Of a DNA stretch of 64,000 nucleotides, positions 36,322 to 49,649 are shown in pieces. Position 1 is the first letter of the stretch, and every line of letters begins with the position of its first letter. The notes beneath the pieces are model-generated. The model made no database searches and was not told where the DNA came from. It saw nothing but the letters and a program-made list of their open reading frames with translations. Source of the DNA: Octopus sinensis (lineage: Eukaryota). The stretch covers positions 162,812,001-162,876,000 of the forward strand of contig NC_042999.1 in the NCBI RefSeq assembly GCF_006345805.1. The letters run 5' to 3'. The translations under genes and the position numbers were made by a program.

Positions 36322-36719
36322 TCTTTATATATAAAAGTGAAGCAGTGTGAGTGTCTGTCTCCTAGGATTTAGATTCCTAACTACTCCCACATTTTGCGGT
36401 GCAATTTAACCAAAACCGGGTATCTTATAGTCGTGATTCATATCGAGCACTTCTGGGTATTAGCACGCGTCTACGATGAGTCTACGATTTTAAAAAAAAT
36501 TACCATCATTTTTTTCCATTTTAATGAATTTTTACGCTATTATATAAGGGAAGTAACTCTCTAAAAATGTCTACGATGAATCAACGATTTTTAAAAAATT
36601 TACCATCATTTTTTTCCCATTTTTAATGCATTTTTTTGCTATTTTTTGGCTATAACTCTAAAAATGCTTATATAGTTATTTCCCTTACAAACCCGAGCAA
36701 CGCCGGGCGATACTGCTAG
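36322..36719 (+). mobile_element. Non-autonomous Helitron
   Basis: A|TCtttatat...cccgagcaacgccgggcg atactg CTAG|T. Confidence 0.88.
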
Positions 36720-38034
36720 TACGGGATAAATGTCAAATTCGCAGTTAGTTGCAAGTTAATTGTGGCCCCCTCCCTAAATCGGAAATCTAAACTCAAGGGA
36801 GATGATACACAATGCAAGCACTGTTATCTCCCCTGCATTATCAACATAGCTGAGTTTGGAGATTTGGCCAGCCCATACTGCCTTTTAGTTTACAGTTGGT
36901 CCCTATACAAATGAAGAATGCAGGAAACTTGTCTCACTTACCAAGACCCGAAAGTACGTTCGTGCACGCACGCGCGCGCATACACACGTTAGATTAGCGA
37001 TGAGGAACACGAGAATGAGTATAAGATTTATTAATTAAACTACAAAAAATGGATCTTTTCCGCTTAGCTGAACTTTTTGAAATTTTAAAATTAGGTGAAA
37101 ATTTTCAAATTTGGTGTATTGATGTAATTTTTCACGCTGAACGTCAGGGCGTAATTCACTTGTTCTAGAAAATTTTTTTTTAAAGTTTAAAGGTTGGTAA
37201 TTTTTACCCAGGTAAGAAAACAGGATTTGGAAGCTGTCGCTTTGTACCTGAAGACAGATCATCTCAAACATTAGTCTTTTCGTTTTCTTCACATCGTAAA
37301 ATTGCTTCCACAGTATGAACTAATTTTATAAGTTATATTGACACAGAATATCTCTAGGTTCCTTGAACTCGACTGTTTTATCATTTCAAATATAATTTAG
37401 TACTATTGGTGATACCCTTTCCTTTAAAATGATTTTATATCTGAAGTCACATTCTAGAATGGATTGAAGAAGTTAGGAAAATTAGGAAATAAATCTTATG
37501 GCAACTAGTCTTGCTTTATTCAACATTTTCAGAAAGAAATCAAAGAAGAAAAAGCTGCCTCAACAAATTCCTCCAAGAAATACCAGACTAACCAATGGTA
37601 CTAGATACATTTTGGCGAACTCCCTGCATTAGTGGATATGATGTCCTAAAACATGGCTTAAAAGACAACACTGGCAAAGTTAGACAAGGCCTGAGCCAAC
37701 AATGGCCAAACTCTAAGTTATTATGAACCAATTAGCTTTAATTAAGAAACCCAACTATTGATTATTTATTTATTCAGAGCTCTTTTCTTTTTTTTTTTTT
37801 AAGCTAAAGTAGTTAAAATAAAAGAGCTGTTATATCTTGGTGCAGAAGAAATGACATCCTCATTACATTTCAGTCAGTTGTCCCATATTTTAACCTCACA
37901 TCTATTAAGATATTCTACTGATGGGAAGCCAGAAAATATATTTTTAGTGATACTTTATGAGGTGTGGACTGTGTCCATAGCTTAAGACTGATAAGAGTAA
38001 TACAATGGATGTTCTGTTTAAACACCTTTAAGTT

Positions 38035-39540
38035 GATAATAATAATAATAAAAAACATTGTGTACAGTGCTCAGGTGCACTACAACTCATCTAAAGAGTA
38101 TGTATAATCAGGTGTAGTTTCGGCGGATTTCAGAAAGCATGAGGGCCTTAAAGGATGCAGTGTCATGGCAGTCAACAACTGACGCAGGCAGTTTATTCCA
38201 TGCTTCAGCAACTCTGAGCGTGAAAAAATGTTTCCGAAAGTCATGGGAGCTGTGCTGTTTTCTGACTTTGTAGGCATGTCCACATGAAGATCCAAAAGGT
38301 GTTCAATGTTGTTGTTGGTGAGGTGGTTGATAACTTTGTGGGTGTTTACCAAGTCCATTGCCAGATGCCGGAGCTTCAGTGAATCCATGCCCAGGGAAAC
38401 AAGGCGCTCAGAGTATGGTAGGTGTCTGATGGAGGGTATGCGTTTGGTTGCACGTCTCTGAACAGATTCCAGGAGGTCAAAAAAATAGGGGGAAAAAAAG
38501 GTATTTGGGGTAAAGTGAATTTCAAAGGTGTGATAATCTGGGAGATTAAAAATGGATAATGCAGGACTTGCAATTGTAAATCAGTGACTGGGTGGCATGA
38601 GGAGAGAGAGACCATTGTAATAGAAATAAAATTGCCAGAATAAAGAACTGGTATATTTGTGAGCTAGATGTTGTTGGTTAATATTTTTTACCAATCAGTC
38701 AGATAACTTTCTTTTGGATGCAGTTTAGGATATTTTTATATATAGGTGCAGGAGTGGCTGTGCGGTAAGTAGCTTGTTTACCAACCACATGGTTCCGGGT
38801 TCAGTCCCACTGCGTGGCACCTTGGGCAAGTGTCTTCTACTATAGCCTCGGGCCGACCAAAGCCTTGTGAGTGGATTTGGTAGACGGAAACTGAAAGAAG
38901 CCCGTCGTATATATGTATATATATATATATATGTGTGCGTGTGTGTGTTTGTGTGTCTGTGTTTGTCCCCCTAGCATTGCTTGACAACCGATGCTGGTGT
39001 GCTTATGTCCCCGTTACTTAGCGGTTCGGCAAAAGAGACCAATAGAATAAGTAGAAAAGAATAAGTCCCGGGGTCAAGTTGCTCGATTAAAGGCGGTGCT
39101 CCAGCATGGCCGCAGTCAAATGACTGAAACAAGTAAAAGAGTAAAGAGTATAAGAGAGCTCTAGTACAGTCCCCAATGTAGGAGTATTATTCCATTGATT
39201 TTCGTGAGCTTTATAGAGAGTCGATCCTGAATTAGAAAGCTAATTTTTATGGTAGGTGAGATCATCAGGAAAAAACTTTTTCCTTGATATGTGCAGTGAT
39301 TGTATTTTTATGCAGTTAGAGAAACAAGATTGTCATGTCTCCATTGAAGAATGGTTTTGAGCTTCTTTTCTCAGAAGCAATGCAGATTCAGCAAATAGGG
39401 CGTTTAAACTGCATATGGAAAAATATGTGAGCAAATGAATCAGGAGGAGATAGGTATGAGGAGCAGAAAGTGATATTTTGGGAAGAGTTGTTGTAGTTGA
39501 CTTGGTGAAGTATTAATAGTTTATGTCTGCTACAATATAT
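38035..39540 (-). mobile_element. CR1-like LINE 3' region, decayed, interrupted by a SINE
   Basis: LKLRHLAMDLVNTHKVINHL and a WN.LP-type terminus; (TTA)n tail at about 38,035; a weak RT-like remnant at 39.2-39.5 kb. Confidence 0.65.
38745..39150 (+). mobile_element. tRNA-derived SINE (family A), full length
   Basis: ggtgcaggagtggctgtgcggtaag...gggttcagtccc...aagtaaaagagtaaagag. Confidence 0.9.
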
Positions 39541-41199
39541 GTCTGTGCTTCTAGCACCATGTCTATATAAGTGGACTTCTCAAGGCAAATACCACAGTAT
39601 TCAGCATTTTGATAATACATTCACATTAAGTAGAATATAAAGATTGCCAATAATAGTTTATTTTTGAGGCATAATAACTGCAAGAATTACTGATTTTTGT
39701 AATATTTGCCCTGGAAGGATAAATAACAGTGATGAAGATGCAAGACTGAAAATACAAAAGTGGCTGTTATTATTAATGTTGTCTTTTAGCCCTAGGTCAA
39801 CCTAATCCAACAAACCTACATTCAAACTTGACTATCATATTTCATCTTTTGTTCAAACACAGTATACATTATCTAATATCTTCTCTTTTTTAAGACAGTA
39901 ATATGCAATTTAAGAGAAATTTGGTGGCTACATAGAGGCTTCCCTGTTAGTTTGTGGCTGCTATAGTATTGTGGTAGGGTGAAGGTTATCTCCATACCAT
40001 AATAATGATGGTATTAATATTAACTGGAATTAGTCATTTGGTAGAATCGTTAGAGTATCAAATAAAGTACCTTGCAGTATTTACTTACAACTCTTCACAT
40101 TTTGAGTTTAAATCTGCAAGAGTCAACCTTGCTTTTCATCCTTTCAAGATCAAATATGCTACCCATAAATATATTGCCTGGGATGTATGTTAAAAATCAA
40201 TATTGATATCCAAAACTGGGCACCAAACCGTTAATCTATTAAACATTAATTAATGAAGTTAACATTTTTTATTAACACTTTAGCTTTTAAGTTAACTTTG
40301 GAAATCATTATCAGACTAATTCAGTTACATTTAACTTCTGTTAACTCAAGTCAGCTTGAGGGCAAGGACATCTTGAGGGCGAAGATTATCCTTTCATGTA
40401 CAATTTTTTCACAAAATCAGTCATTGCATTTCACTATTATTCTTGAATTTGGTTATTATTTATTATTATTACTATTAATTGCCATATTTAGATAGACTAC
40501 AACAATATAACTAATAGGCATAATTTTGAAACTTAGGCTTCTGATAACATTTATACCACTTCAGCTACAGAGAGGTAACTTTAATCCCCCACGTGCAGTG
40601 AAGGGAGAAAGATGCACTTTGCAAGGTCACATTGTTTAGGTTAAAATCTGTCTTTTTATTTTACTTCAGTTATTTCATCTTGCTCTTTTTGAATGTACAC
40701 ATGCTACATACATTGTTTTATTGTATCATATGTTACATTTTAATGCTTCTTTAATAATACTGTGTATACATTTAGATGGTCAATCATATATACACTGTTA
40801 AAAAATGTCCACATCATTTGACGCAAGGTTGTCTTCTAAAATATGTGCAACTAGCTCAGATAACTTTTGTTGAAATATCAGAGAAATATTATGGGATTTA
40901 TTTACAATTGACAGATAGGTGTCCTCACCTTGTTTACTCTCAAGCCTTCATCAGGTATTCTGGTGGAAATTTGAACCCAACCCTTTATTTGACTAATGGG
41001 GTACACTGTTCTCATTCCGAAGGTATGTTGCTGTTGTTATTTTTCTGTTGAGGTTATTTTTCAAGTCCCTGCCTGGGATTGAATTTAGAATCCGAGGGCT
41101 AGTGGATAAAAGCACAGGCTACTAACCCTCGGATTGTAGGATTGAGATCAGTGTACCTCATTAGTCAAATAAAAGGTTGGGTTCACAATTCCACCAGAA

Positions 41200-41241
41200 C
41201 ACCTGCTGAAGGCTGGAAAGAACATCAGCCAAAACGTTGTG
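41200..41241 (+). ncRNA. Decayed hammerhead motif (family 4)
   Basis: cac-CTGCTGA-aggctg...cagcc-AAAA-cgtt-gtg; the flanks match 28,740-28,870. Confidence 0.35.
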
Positions 41242-41339
41242 ATTACAACAAACAAGGTGAGGATACCTATCCATCCATTGTAAATAACGTACATAATTCC
41301 TAATCTCAAAAATATAGAATAGTATTATGGAATTCTTCA

Positions 41340-43560
41340 AAAAACCTTACTCTGCCTATTTTGGTGCGAAATTAAGAGACCAAGAGTCAACTCCTCATAA
41401 GGCCTGTGCAATTTGGGCTGAGTACTGAGTCAGAAGGTAGAAATAGCAATAATGAAGAAGACTTCAATAGAAGTGAAGGTGAAGAGCCTCAACTATTCAA
41501 CTAGTGAGAATTAAATGATCTAGTGAGGGAATTAGGGCTCACAAAGGAGTCAGCAGAGCTTATAGATTCCAAAAGTCTTTTAGCTCCTTGCACATCATTC
41601 TTTTGGTATTGTAATCATGAAAACAAATCTCTTCCATATTTCGCTCAAGAAACTGATTTGGTTTATGGTACTGATACATCAGGGTTAACAGAAACATTTG
41701 ACTTAAATTACAACTCTTAAGATTGGAGATTCTTTATCGACTCTTCAAAGAGAAGACTTAAATCTGTTCTACTGCATAATGATAATAAATATGCTTCCAT
41801 CCCTATTGGACATTCAGTGATCATGAAGGAAACATACAAAAATTTGTTGTCACTCTCTCACAAGAGTAAATTTGAAGATCACAACTGGATGATTTGCAGA
41901 AATTTAAAAATAAATTGCATGTTACTTGGACAACAGTCAAGCTACACAAAGTTTCCTGCTTTCTTGTGTGAGTGAGACAGTAGAGCGAGAACCTCCATTG
42001 GTTTAAAAAAGAATGACCAAGTAGAGATACATTTACACCAGGAACAAAGAATGTCCTCCAAGAAAGGTTGGGTGATCTGAAAATGGTTCTTTTGCTTCCT
42101 CTACATATAAAACTTGAACTCATGAAGCAATTCGTAAAAGCTTTGCCACAGGATGGAGAGGGCTTCAGGTATTTTCATAACAAGTTTCCTGCTCTATCAG
42201 ATGCCAAGGTTGAAGAGCAGGTATTCATAGGACCAGACATAAGGAAACTTGTCGAGGATGAAAATTTTGAAAACTCTCTTAGTGATTTTGAAAAAGATGC
42301 ATGGTCATCACAAGGATTCAAACTACAAAGACGTAGTAGAAAGAATGCTGGAAAAATTCAAGGTCTTGGAATGTAAAATGAGCATTAAACTTTATTTTCT
42401 AGATATCCATTTGGATTTGTTTCCAGAAAATCTAGGATGCGTGGGTGAAAAGCAAGGACTGTGGTGGCTCGTAGATAAAATTAGTGTGGGTGCTGCTTCA
42501 GAAAAGTTGTAGCCATTGTTTTGATATTGTGTAAAAGGAAACAAACATAAAACATTTTTAAGGATTTAAAGACATAAACTTGATCGGTTTGCATTTTAGC
42601 CACTGCTGGGTAGTGTGTTTAATTTGTTCACTGAACAGTGACACAAATTCCCCCTTGTTTTTCAAAAATCCCCCTAAATCACAAAATAAGGAGGGAAAAT
42701 CTGCCCTTTTTTTTCAAATTCTGGTAGCAACACTGAAGCTGGAAGTAGGATAATAATCTAATTCTACACTTTATCACATTCAAGAATATAAAAACGTTTT
42801 TAAGCACAACACACATAGAGTCAAAAAGAAACATTACCTTTCACTGGCACTGTGTGGATGACAATGCTCTCTCTCCCTAGTGTGAAGCTTCCTATCTGGG
42901 ATATGTGGGTATGCCATATGTGGGTATGCCAAACACCATATCACTGAAACTGTGAAGCGCACAGTTCTATATAAGGATTTTTGCATTTTTTTCATAAACT
43001 AGGGGATGGCTACTGACATTAAGGTTAATGTACAAGTAATTAAATTAAAGAAAAAAAGGACACATTATATTGAATGTTATCGATAATATCGAGTGGAAAT
43101 AGGGGGTGCTGCAGTTCCGTAGTGCCTATACACACAAGCAACCACTGAGCAGGGGATAAGTTTCCTCTAAAAGATATACATAAAGGAGATAGAAAGAAGA
43201 TATCAAGGAAGATGGAATGTCAGTACAATGGCCAACTACTGCTGGATGTTGCATTGTGAATGCTCACAAATGAAAGATTTCCATGCATAGCTACCAAGTG
43301 AAAAAGAAGAGATTTTGAGGTACTGAACCTAAAAAATGAATGAAACTCTTGTAAAAAATCTATTTTTTCATCTTTAAAATTGCATTTGTGTCATTTTATT
43401 TTGCTAAATAAAGTACCAGGTTCATTTTTATTAGTTTCATTTTGTTCTACAATATGTGAATTTACTTACAAATGATGGTATATTTTGTGATTAAATTGTG
43501 AGAAAACCTTAGGTAATGGAAAAGAGCTTTTTTGATATTTTGAATTAATACCACAAAAAT
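41340..43560 (+). mobile_element. DNA transposase pseudogene of a widespread metazoan family (tentatively Sola3-like)
   Basis: WRFFIDSSKRRLKSVLLHN, PLHIKLELMKQFVKAL, FIGPDIRKL, FLDIHLDLFPENLG, and after an insertion EQG...KEIERRYQGRWN...YCWML. The superfamily name is recalled, not verified. Confidence 0.7.
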
Positions 43561-43563
43561 ATA

Positions 43564-46470
43564 TGAAACGAACTTCGTGTGAGTGAATATCTTGTCTTGT
43601 ACTTTCGGGGTACAAGAAAGCAATCACTCACTAGCCGTTGCTTTAATAATCCAGAATTTCTGCCCGTCAGAAAACAACAAGACGCAGATGTAAAATATAT
43701 ATATACTACTTTATTCTCTTTCTTGGTAACAGTAACAATAAGTGTGTTATCTGATGTCCTTGGTTCTGGGCGCGCAAGGCTGAAAGTTAATCGATTGTAA
43801 TATTTACAATGTTCAGCCGCCAAAACAGAAAGGGTCAAAATGGCGTCCGGAGGAAGAAGATGATGTCTGCAACAATCCAGGTTAAAGGCCTTTTGGTAAG
43901 GACTGCTAGAAGCAAGTTCGTACGGAGAGAAAATATGCGTGACCGTCTCCTTCAATCGCTGCTGTCCCAAGTCCCCGCTGCTGCTGCCAGCGGTCAAACG
44001 TTCTACGGCCCCTGACCGCCGCCTTCAATCACTGCTGTCCCAAGTCCCCGCTGCTGCTGCCAGCGGTCAAATGTTCTACGGCCCCTTGCCTCGCTAACTC
44101 CTACGTAGGCAATAGGGTTCTTCTTCCGGTGCTTCGCGCATGCGCGAGAGGGCCCTTCCTTTCTGTGCCTTGGTGAAGACACCAACACGCGCGAATTTAG
44201 AAAATGGACGGTGCGCGCGCGCGCACCGTTATAGGGTCACTACAAGGCTCCCCTCCAGTGCGTACGCACGAAAGGAAACTTATTGTAGTGACTGCAAAAC
44301 TCAAGGTGGACACCAGATAACCAAATAGCACACAATAATATAATGGCAAAATTTATAACATACACAAGAAATTTACTAAAGGAAAAAGAGAAAAAATACT
44401 CAATGAGCAAAAATCAAGAGTGCATGCATGAAAGTGTATACGTCACAAAGTATAGAGCCTTCCGCTGTAGGAAGCGGAGGGAAAGCAAAACTCACAGTCA
44501 ATGAACCTAGGCGAAATTAAATCCAACTTCTCTAAAGGTGGTTGATCCTGCAAAATAGCAGTTAAATCAATTGCTGCAGGAGAGGAAATGGAATTGACAG
44601 AAGCTCGCTAGTAACACAAAAGGCAAAAGTGCAAACATGCTGGTGTGATGCGCGACACAGATAATTTTCTGTTAATTACGTGACCAACAGTGATCTAACA
44701 GGGAAAAATAATTACGCCTAAACATGGCGCAGCGCATGTGAACATCCGACGTCCTATGAGTCAGGAAAAACTAAGCTACTGCAAACGTGTTGCAAAAAAC
44801 AAGGCAATACACGTGCGAAGCAAGGCGCATGAAATGCAATAGTGCTTGCCAGACCGAAAAACAGCAAGAATATGCCAGTGGTTGAGCGATTATATGCCTC
44901 GTTCGTACAGGAACAAAAGTATGACATGCTGGCGCGTTATAATGGACAAACAACCCTCTCTATGTATACGTGACCGACCTAGGGTCTATAGAAATGAGGG
45001 GTGTCCACAAAAGGCAAATTTAGCATGGAACAAACAAGCGAGAAAAAGCATGTGTGACGTATGTATGTGAGAGATAGCATTTATGTGTGTGTACGTGTGT
45101 GCGACAAAATACATACAAGGTGAATGCGAGCAAAATATAAAAACAGCGCATAGAAAAATGTCTCTCAAGTGCTATTCCAGACAAGAGTTAATTTACCAGT
45201 CTCTAATAGCCTGATGCACAATAGCAGTTCGTTCTGTAACAGAATGTTGAGATCACAAATGCAGATGCCGGTTGAACACATATCGTGTAGCGGTTGTGGC
45301 TTCAATGCTGTGACAGGTTAACTGGAACAGAAGAATCTCATAGATAGACGGTGCTGTTTATCCTTGGTGTGCATATGCACAAAACAGCGTGCACGCTAAA
45401 GTTCCGTGAGTTGCTATGTACATCTTGTGGAGGTCGACGGTGTTGAAAGGCGACGGTAGTGGAGGAAGGCGACTGTAGTGGACTTGAGACAACATCGTTC
45501 TTAGTGATGATGGCGACGAAGATAGCGACGACGTGAAGTAGAAAAACGACGATGGCGATGACGAAGGTGGAGAAAAAGCATCGAATATATGATGGCGTCC
45601 GTCATCATGGCTGTAGAAGAAGAAAGAGGCTCCTTCTACAACTGTTTGTAGTGGCCGGAAACAAATCGTCGAAAGATGATGCGTAGAGTTAAATCGTGTT
45701 CCGACTTCGCAGAAAAACTGGATTTTTTTTTTGTTGATAAGTGATCTCTGGTTTTAGACCAGAATCACGTCAGGGGGTCACCACTGTAACGAGCTTGATG
45801 TGAGTGAAGTGAATATCTTGTCTTGTACTTTCGGGGTACAAGAAAGCAATCACTCACTAGCCGTTGCTTTAATAATCCAGAATTTCTGCCCGTCAGAAAA
45901 CAACAAGACGCAGACGTAAAATATATATATACTACTTTATTCTCTTTCTTGGTAACAGTAACAATAAGTGTGTTATCTGATGTCCTTGGTTCTGGGCGCG
46001 CAAGGCTGAAAGTTAATCGATTGTAATATTTACAATGTTCAGCCGCCAAAACAGAAAGGGTCAAAATGGCGTCCGGAGGAAGAAGATGATGTCTGCAACA
46101 ATCCAGGTCAAAGGCCTTTTGGTAAGGACTGCTAGAAGCAAGTTCGTACGGAGAGAAAATATGCGTGACCGTCTCCTTCAATCGCTGCTGTCCCAAGTCC
46201 CCGCTGCTGCTGCCAGCGGTCAAACGTTCTACGGCCCCTGACCGCCGCCTTCAATCGCTGCTGTCCCAAGTCCCCGCTGCTGCTGCCAGCGGTCAAACGT
46301 TCTACGGCCCCTTGCCTCGCTAACTCCTACGTAGGCAATAGGGTTCTTCTTCCGGTGCTTCGCGCATGCGCGAGAGGGCCCTTCCTGTCTGTGCCTTGGT
46401 GAAGGCACCAACACGCGCGAATTTAGAAAATGGACGGTGCGCGCGCGTGCACCGTTATAGGGTCACTACA
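43564..46470 (-). mobile_element. Non-autonomous LTR retrotransposon: LTRs 46,470-45,785 and 44,244-43,564, tRNA-Trp PBS, PPT, 4-bp TSD
   Basis: Direct repeats of about 680 bp; minus-strand TGTAG...TTACA termini; PBS TGGTGACCCCCTGACGTGAT; PPT ctggaggggagcc; TATA on both flanks; 1.54-kb interior without a recognisable gag/pol ORF. Confidence 0.88.
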
Positions 46471-47039
46471 TATATAAAGTAACACACAACTATCAAAACA
46501 ATTTTCAAAAACTATTTTGCAGATCTGTGTAATTTATGAATATCCTTATAACTCTTCACAAAGGTAAATATACAAATATTTGGAAATAGAGGAAAGCAAT
46601 TTCATAAATAACAATGAATCTAGGATTTTGTGGTCAGAACAAAGAACACCAGTATTTTGTGGCTTTCTAAAAATACACAAAAAATTTCAAAAAATTTCCT
46701 CCATTGTGTCCAGTTTGAAGCGGGTATGAATGTTGCACAGCCAAAATTTCAGAGTGGCTGGATAACATTCTATTCCTTGTAGCAAAAAGATTGAGTTTCT
46801 TTATTCTGGAATACTTTTGATTTTGTGTCTAAAATTAACAATTTTTCTATGCACCAAAGTTGTATTGAAAACTGCTTTTTGGTAACCATAGATGTTTCTT
46901 CACTATACCCCAACACTGACCATGATGAAAGGGTAGAAACATGCATGAATACCTTTGAAAAATAGCCAAACAAAAGTATTCCATTTAATTTTGTCTGTAA
47001 ATTATTGAAATTTAAGTTAGAAAGTAACACAGTGAAATA

Positions 47040-47480
47040 TATAATAATAATAATGAAATTATTGTATAGTGCTCAGGTGCACCACAACTTGTCAGAAAGT
47101 GCATATAAAGTACATGCAGTAATGTAGAAATGTCTGGAAAGCGAACAATGTATGAGTCAGATACATGCTTGTGTGTTTATGGAGGGGAGAAAATCAAGTG
47201 TAGTGTTGGCGAATCTCAGGAAGCATGGAAGTTTTGAAGGATGCAGTGCTCCGACAACTAACAACTGATGCCGGCAGTTTGTTCCATGCTTCAGCAACTC
47301 TCAGCGTGAAAAAATGTTTCCTGAAGTCATGGGAGCTGTGCTGTTTTCTTACTTTGTAAATATGTCCACGGGTGTTAGATGGGTGGAGTTTGAAAAGGTG
47401 CTCAGAGTTATTGTTTGTACAATGGTTGATAATTTTATAGGTGTCTGCCAAGTCAGCTGCCAGACGTCGGAGTTTCAATG
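47040..47480 (-). mobile_element. CR1-like LINE 3' fragment
   Basis: LRRLAADLADTYKII...TRGHIYKV...FFTLRVAEAWNKLP; (TTA)n tail. Confidence 0.85.
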
Positions 47481-47484
47481 TGGA

Positions 47485-49590
47485 TAAAAATTTTATCTCT
47501 GGACAAAGGGATGCACCATGGGTACCCCCATGCCAGTTAATTACACTAACATCTTTATGACAAAATTTGAGACACAGTTAATGGAGATATTCAAATATCA
47601 TAAACTAATAGTCTTGGTTGTGGTCAGGAACTAATACTCTTGTTGCTTAGATTGTATGCATGTGAGGCTTCATTTGAGTGATATAACAACACCAAGCTAA
47701 CATTTAATAGTAACTTTATATCACCACACAAGTAATATTGAGGTTGGTCATGAATTATAAAGTTCCACAACAGGTCAACACTATTGAAGGAATAACTCAA
47801 TAGTGTTCATAAATAGTAGATTACAAAACCTCAGTACAGGAGAAAATATCAACAAATCCAAGTTGAGTGGAAAGTCGTTAAAATGACTATTATAAATGGC
47901 AGGAGAGCATGTGGAAGAAGATCACACGTTACCACACTCTGCTGGTTGGCACTAAAAACAAGCCTTTATATAACCCTTGTAGAGGATCTAGATCAACCTG
48001 TCATGTGAAGTCTGGCTACTGATTAGCCAATAACTCGATCTCTCATTTGAACAAGATTGTGTTATATCTCTCTCTATATAAACGGCAGTTTGTCTGTGTG
48101 TGTTTCTGTGTGTCTGTTTGCTTGTACCCTCACCCTGACCACGGCTTTCAACTGATTCTGATGAAACTTGACACACACATAGCCCAATGTCATAATTCAA
48201 AACTAACGCAGCGAAAATTTTGAAAAGTTCCCCCAGTTCTGAAAAGAATTGATAAATTCGACATGGGGTCGACAATTAGAAACACAAACAGCAAACTGTC
48301 TAGGGGACGCAACTCTACCTTTTTTAACTAAAAAAAAAATTTACCATCATTTTTTTCCATTTTTTTGCTATTTTTTGGCTATAACTCTCTAAAAATGCTT
48401 TATAGTTATTTCCCTTACAAACCTGAGCAACGCCGGGCGATACTGCTAGTCATGACTAAAACTTCATAATTTGATTACTTGTTTTTGAGTCTTGTCTTGC
48501 TACACTTTGGTTACATTGATGATATCTTTTTTGCCTGGAAAGGATCACAGGATAGTTTAGTTAACTTCTTGCATTTCTGTGATTGCTTCACAAATCAACT
48601 ATGGCTTTAAGTCCAATATAAAATTCTCATCAAGTGTCTCAAAAACCAGCATCAAATTTTTGAACACAAAAGTCAAGTTTTCAGAAGCATGAATAGAGTT
48701 ATTTTGCAAACCCATATCCAACATTTATCTTCATTGCTGTTCCAATCATCAACACCATACAATTAAGTCAAATCCAAAGTCGTAGTTTTTGAGGATAAAA
48801 TGGATTTGTACTGATAAAAGGGAAGCAGGCAAATGCTTTTGTGCACCATTGTGTCAAACACACTTATAATGAATCACAATTAAAGGAAATTGCAAATGAC
48901 AGAAAGGAAAGTCAAATCAGAAAGGAAAGTCAAACTTTCATGCCTAATTTTAGCAGCCAAAATAAAACTCATGACTGAATTCTTTTAGTGATTAACTAGT
49001 ACCAAAATTTTTCTGGCATTTCAAAAGTGTTGCAAGAAAGTTATCAACATGTTTCAGAAAAATATCCCTGCTTCAAGCAAATATTTCCTCATTCACCTAT
49101 TATAGCCTTTAGACACAATAAAAATATAAGACAATTATTAATCAATAAAAAATAAAACAATTCCATTGTACACTGAAAAAAGCTACAAGAGAGGTAGGCC
49201 CTGATCAATATGCAACAACGTGAGTGAAGTCAACTCTATCACAAATTATAACAGAAATGTTATGATTTATATGGAAGGTAGGATCTGTAAAGGTTCCCAT
49301 TTGGAGTACACTGTGGAATGCACAAAACACAACTTGGTTTATGTTGGTTACACAACAGAGAAATTGAATAAAAGATTCAAAGAGCATAGGTATAATGTTA
49401 GGTACAATAACAGGAGTTTGATGGAACTCGCTAAACATTTTACATCAAACAGCAGTAAACTTGAGGAATATCTGAAAGAACACATTCTTAGAGAACATTC
49501 TGACTCCACTGCACTCTCAGTTCTCAAAATATATGAGGATAAATATATTTGTGAACTAGCAGAGATACTTGGCATTGTTCGGAATTAAAA
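47485..49590 (+). mobile_element. Penelope-like retroelement fossil (RT + GIY-YIG endonuclease), interrupted by insertions
   Basis: FYLWTKGCTMGTPMPVNYTNIFMTKFE at about 47,491; YIDDIFFAW at 48,512; VECTKHNLVYVGYTTEKLNKRFKEHR at about 49,320. Confidence 0.85.
48067..48449 (+). mobile_element. Non-autonomous Helitron (variant 5' half, shared 3' end)
   Basis: A|TCtctctctatataaac...cctgagcaacgccgggcg atactg CTAG|T. Confidence 0.82.
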
Positions 49591-49649
49591 TGGCATATTT
49601 TGTATATATATATTACATTCATGTTGAAACAGGTTATACAGGAAAGTGC

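Noticed and set aside
41088-41133. Small hairpin aatccgaggg...ccctcggatt as a structured RNA
   Set aside because: Best explained as two inverted decayed SINE-head fragments; there is no other support.
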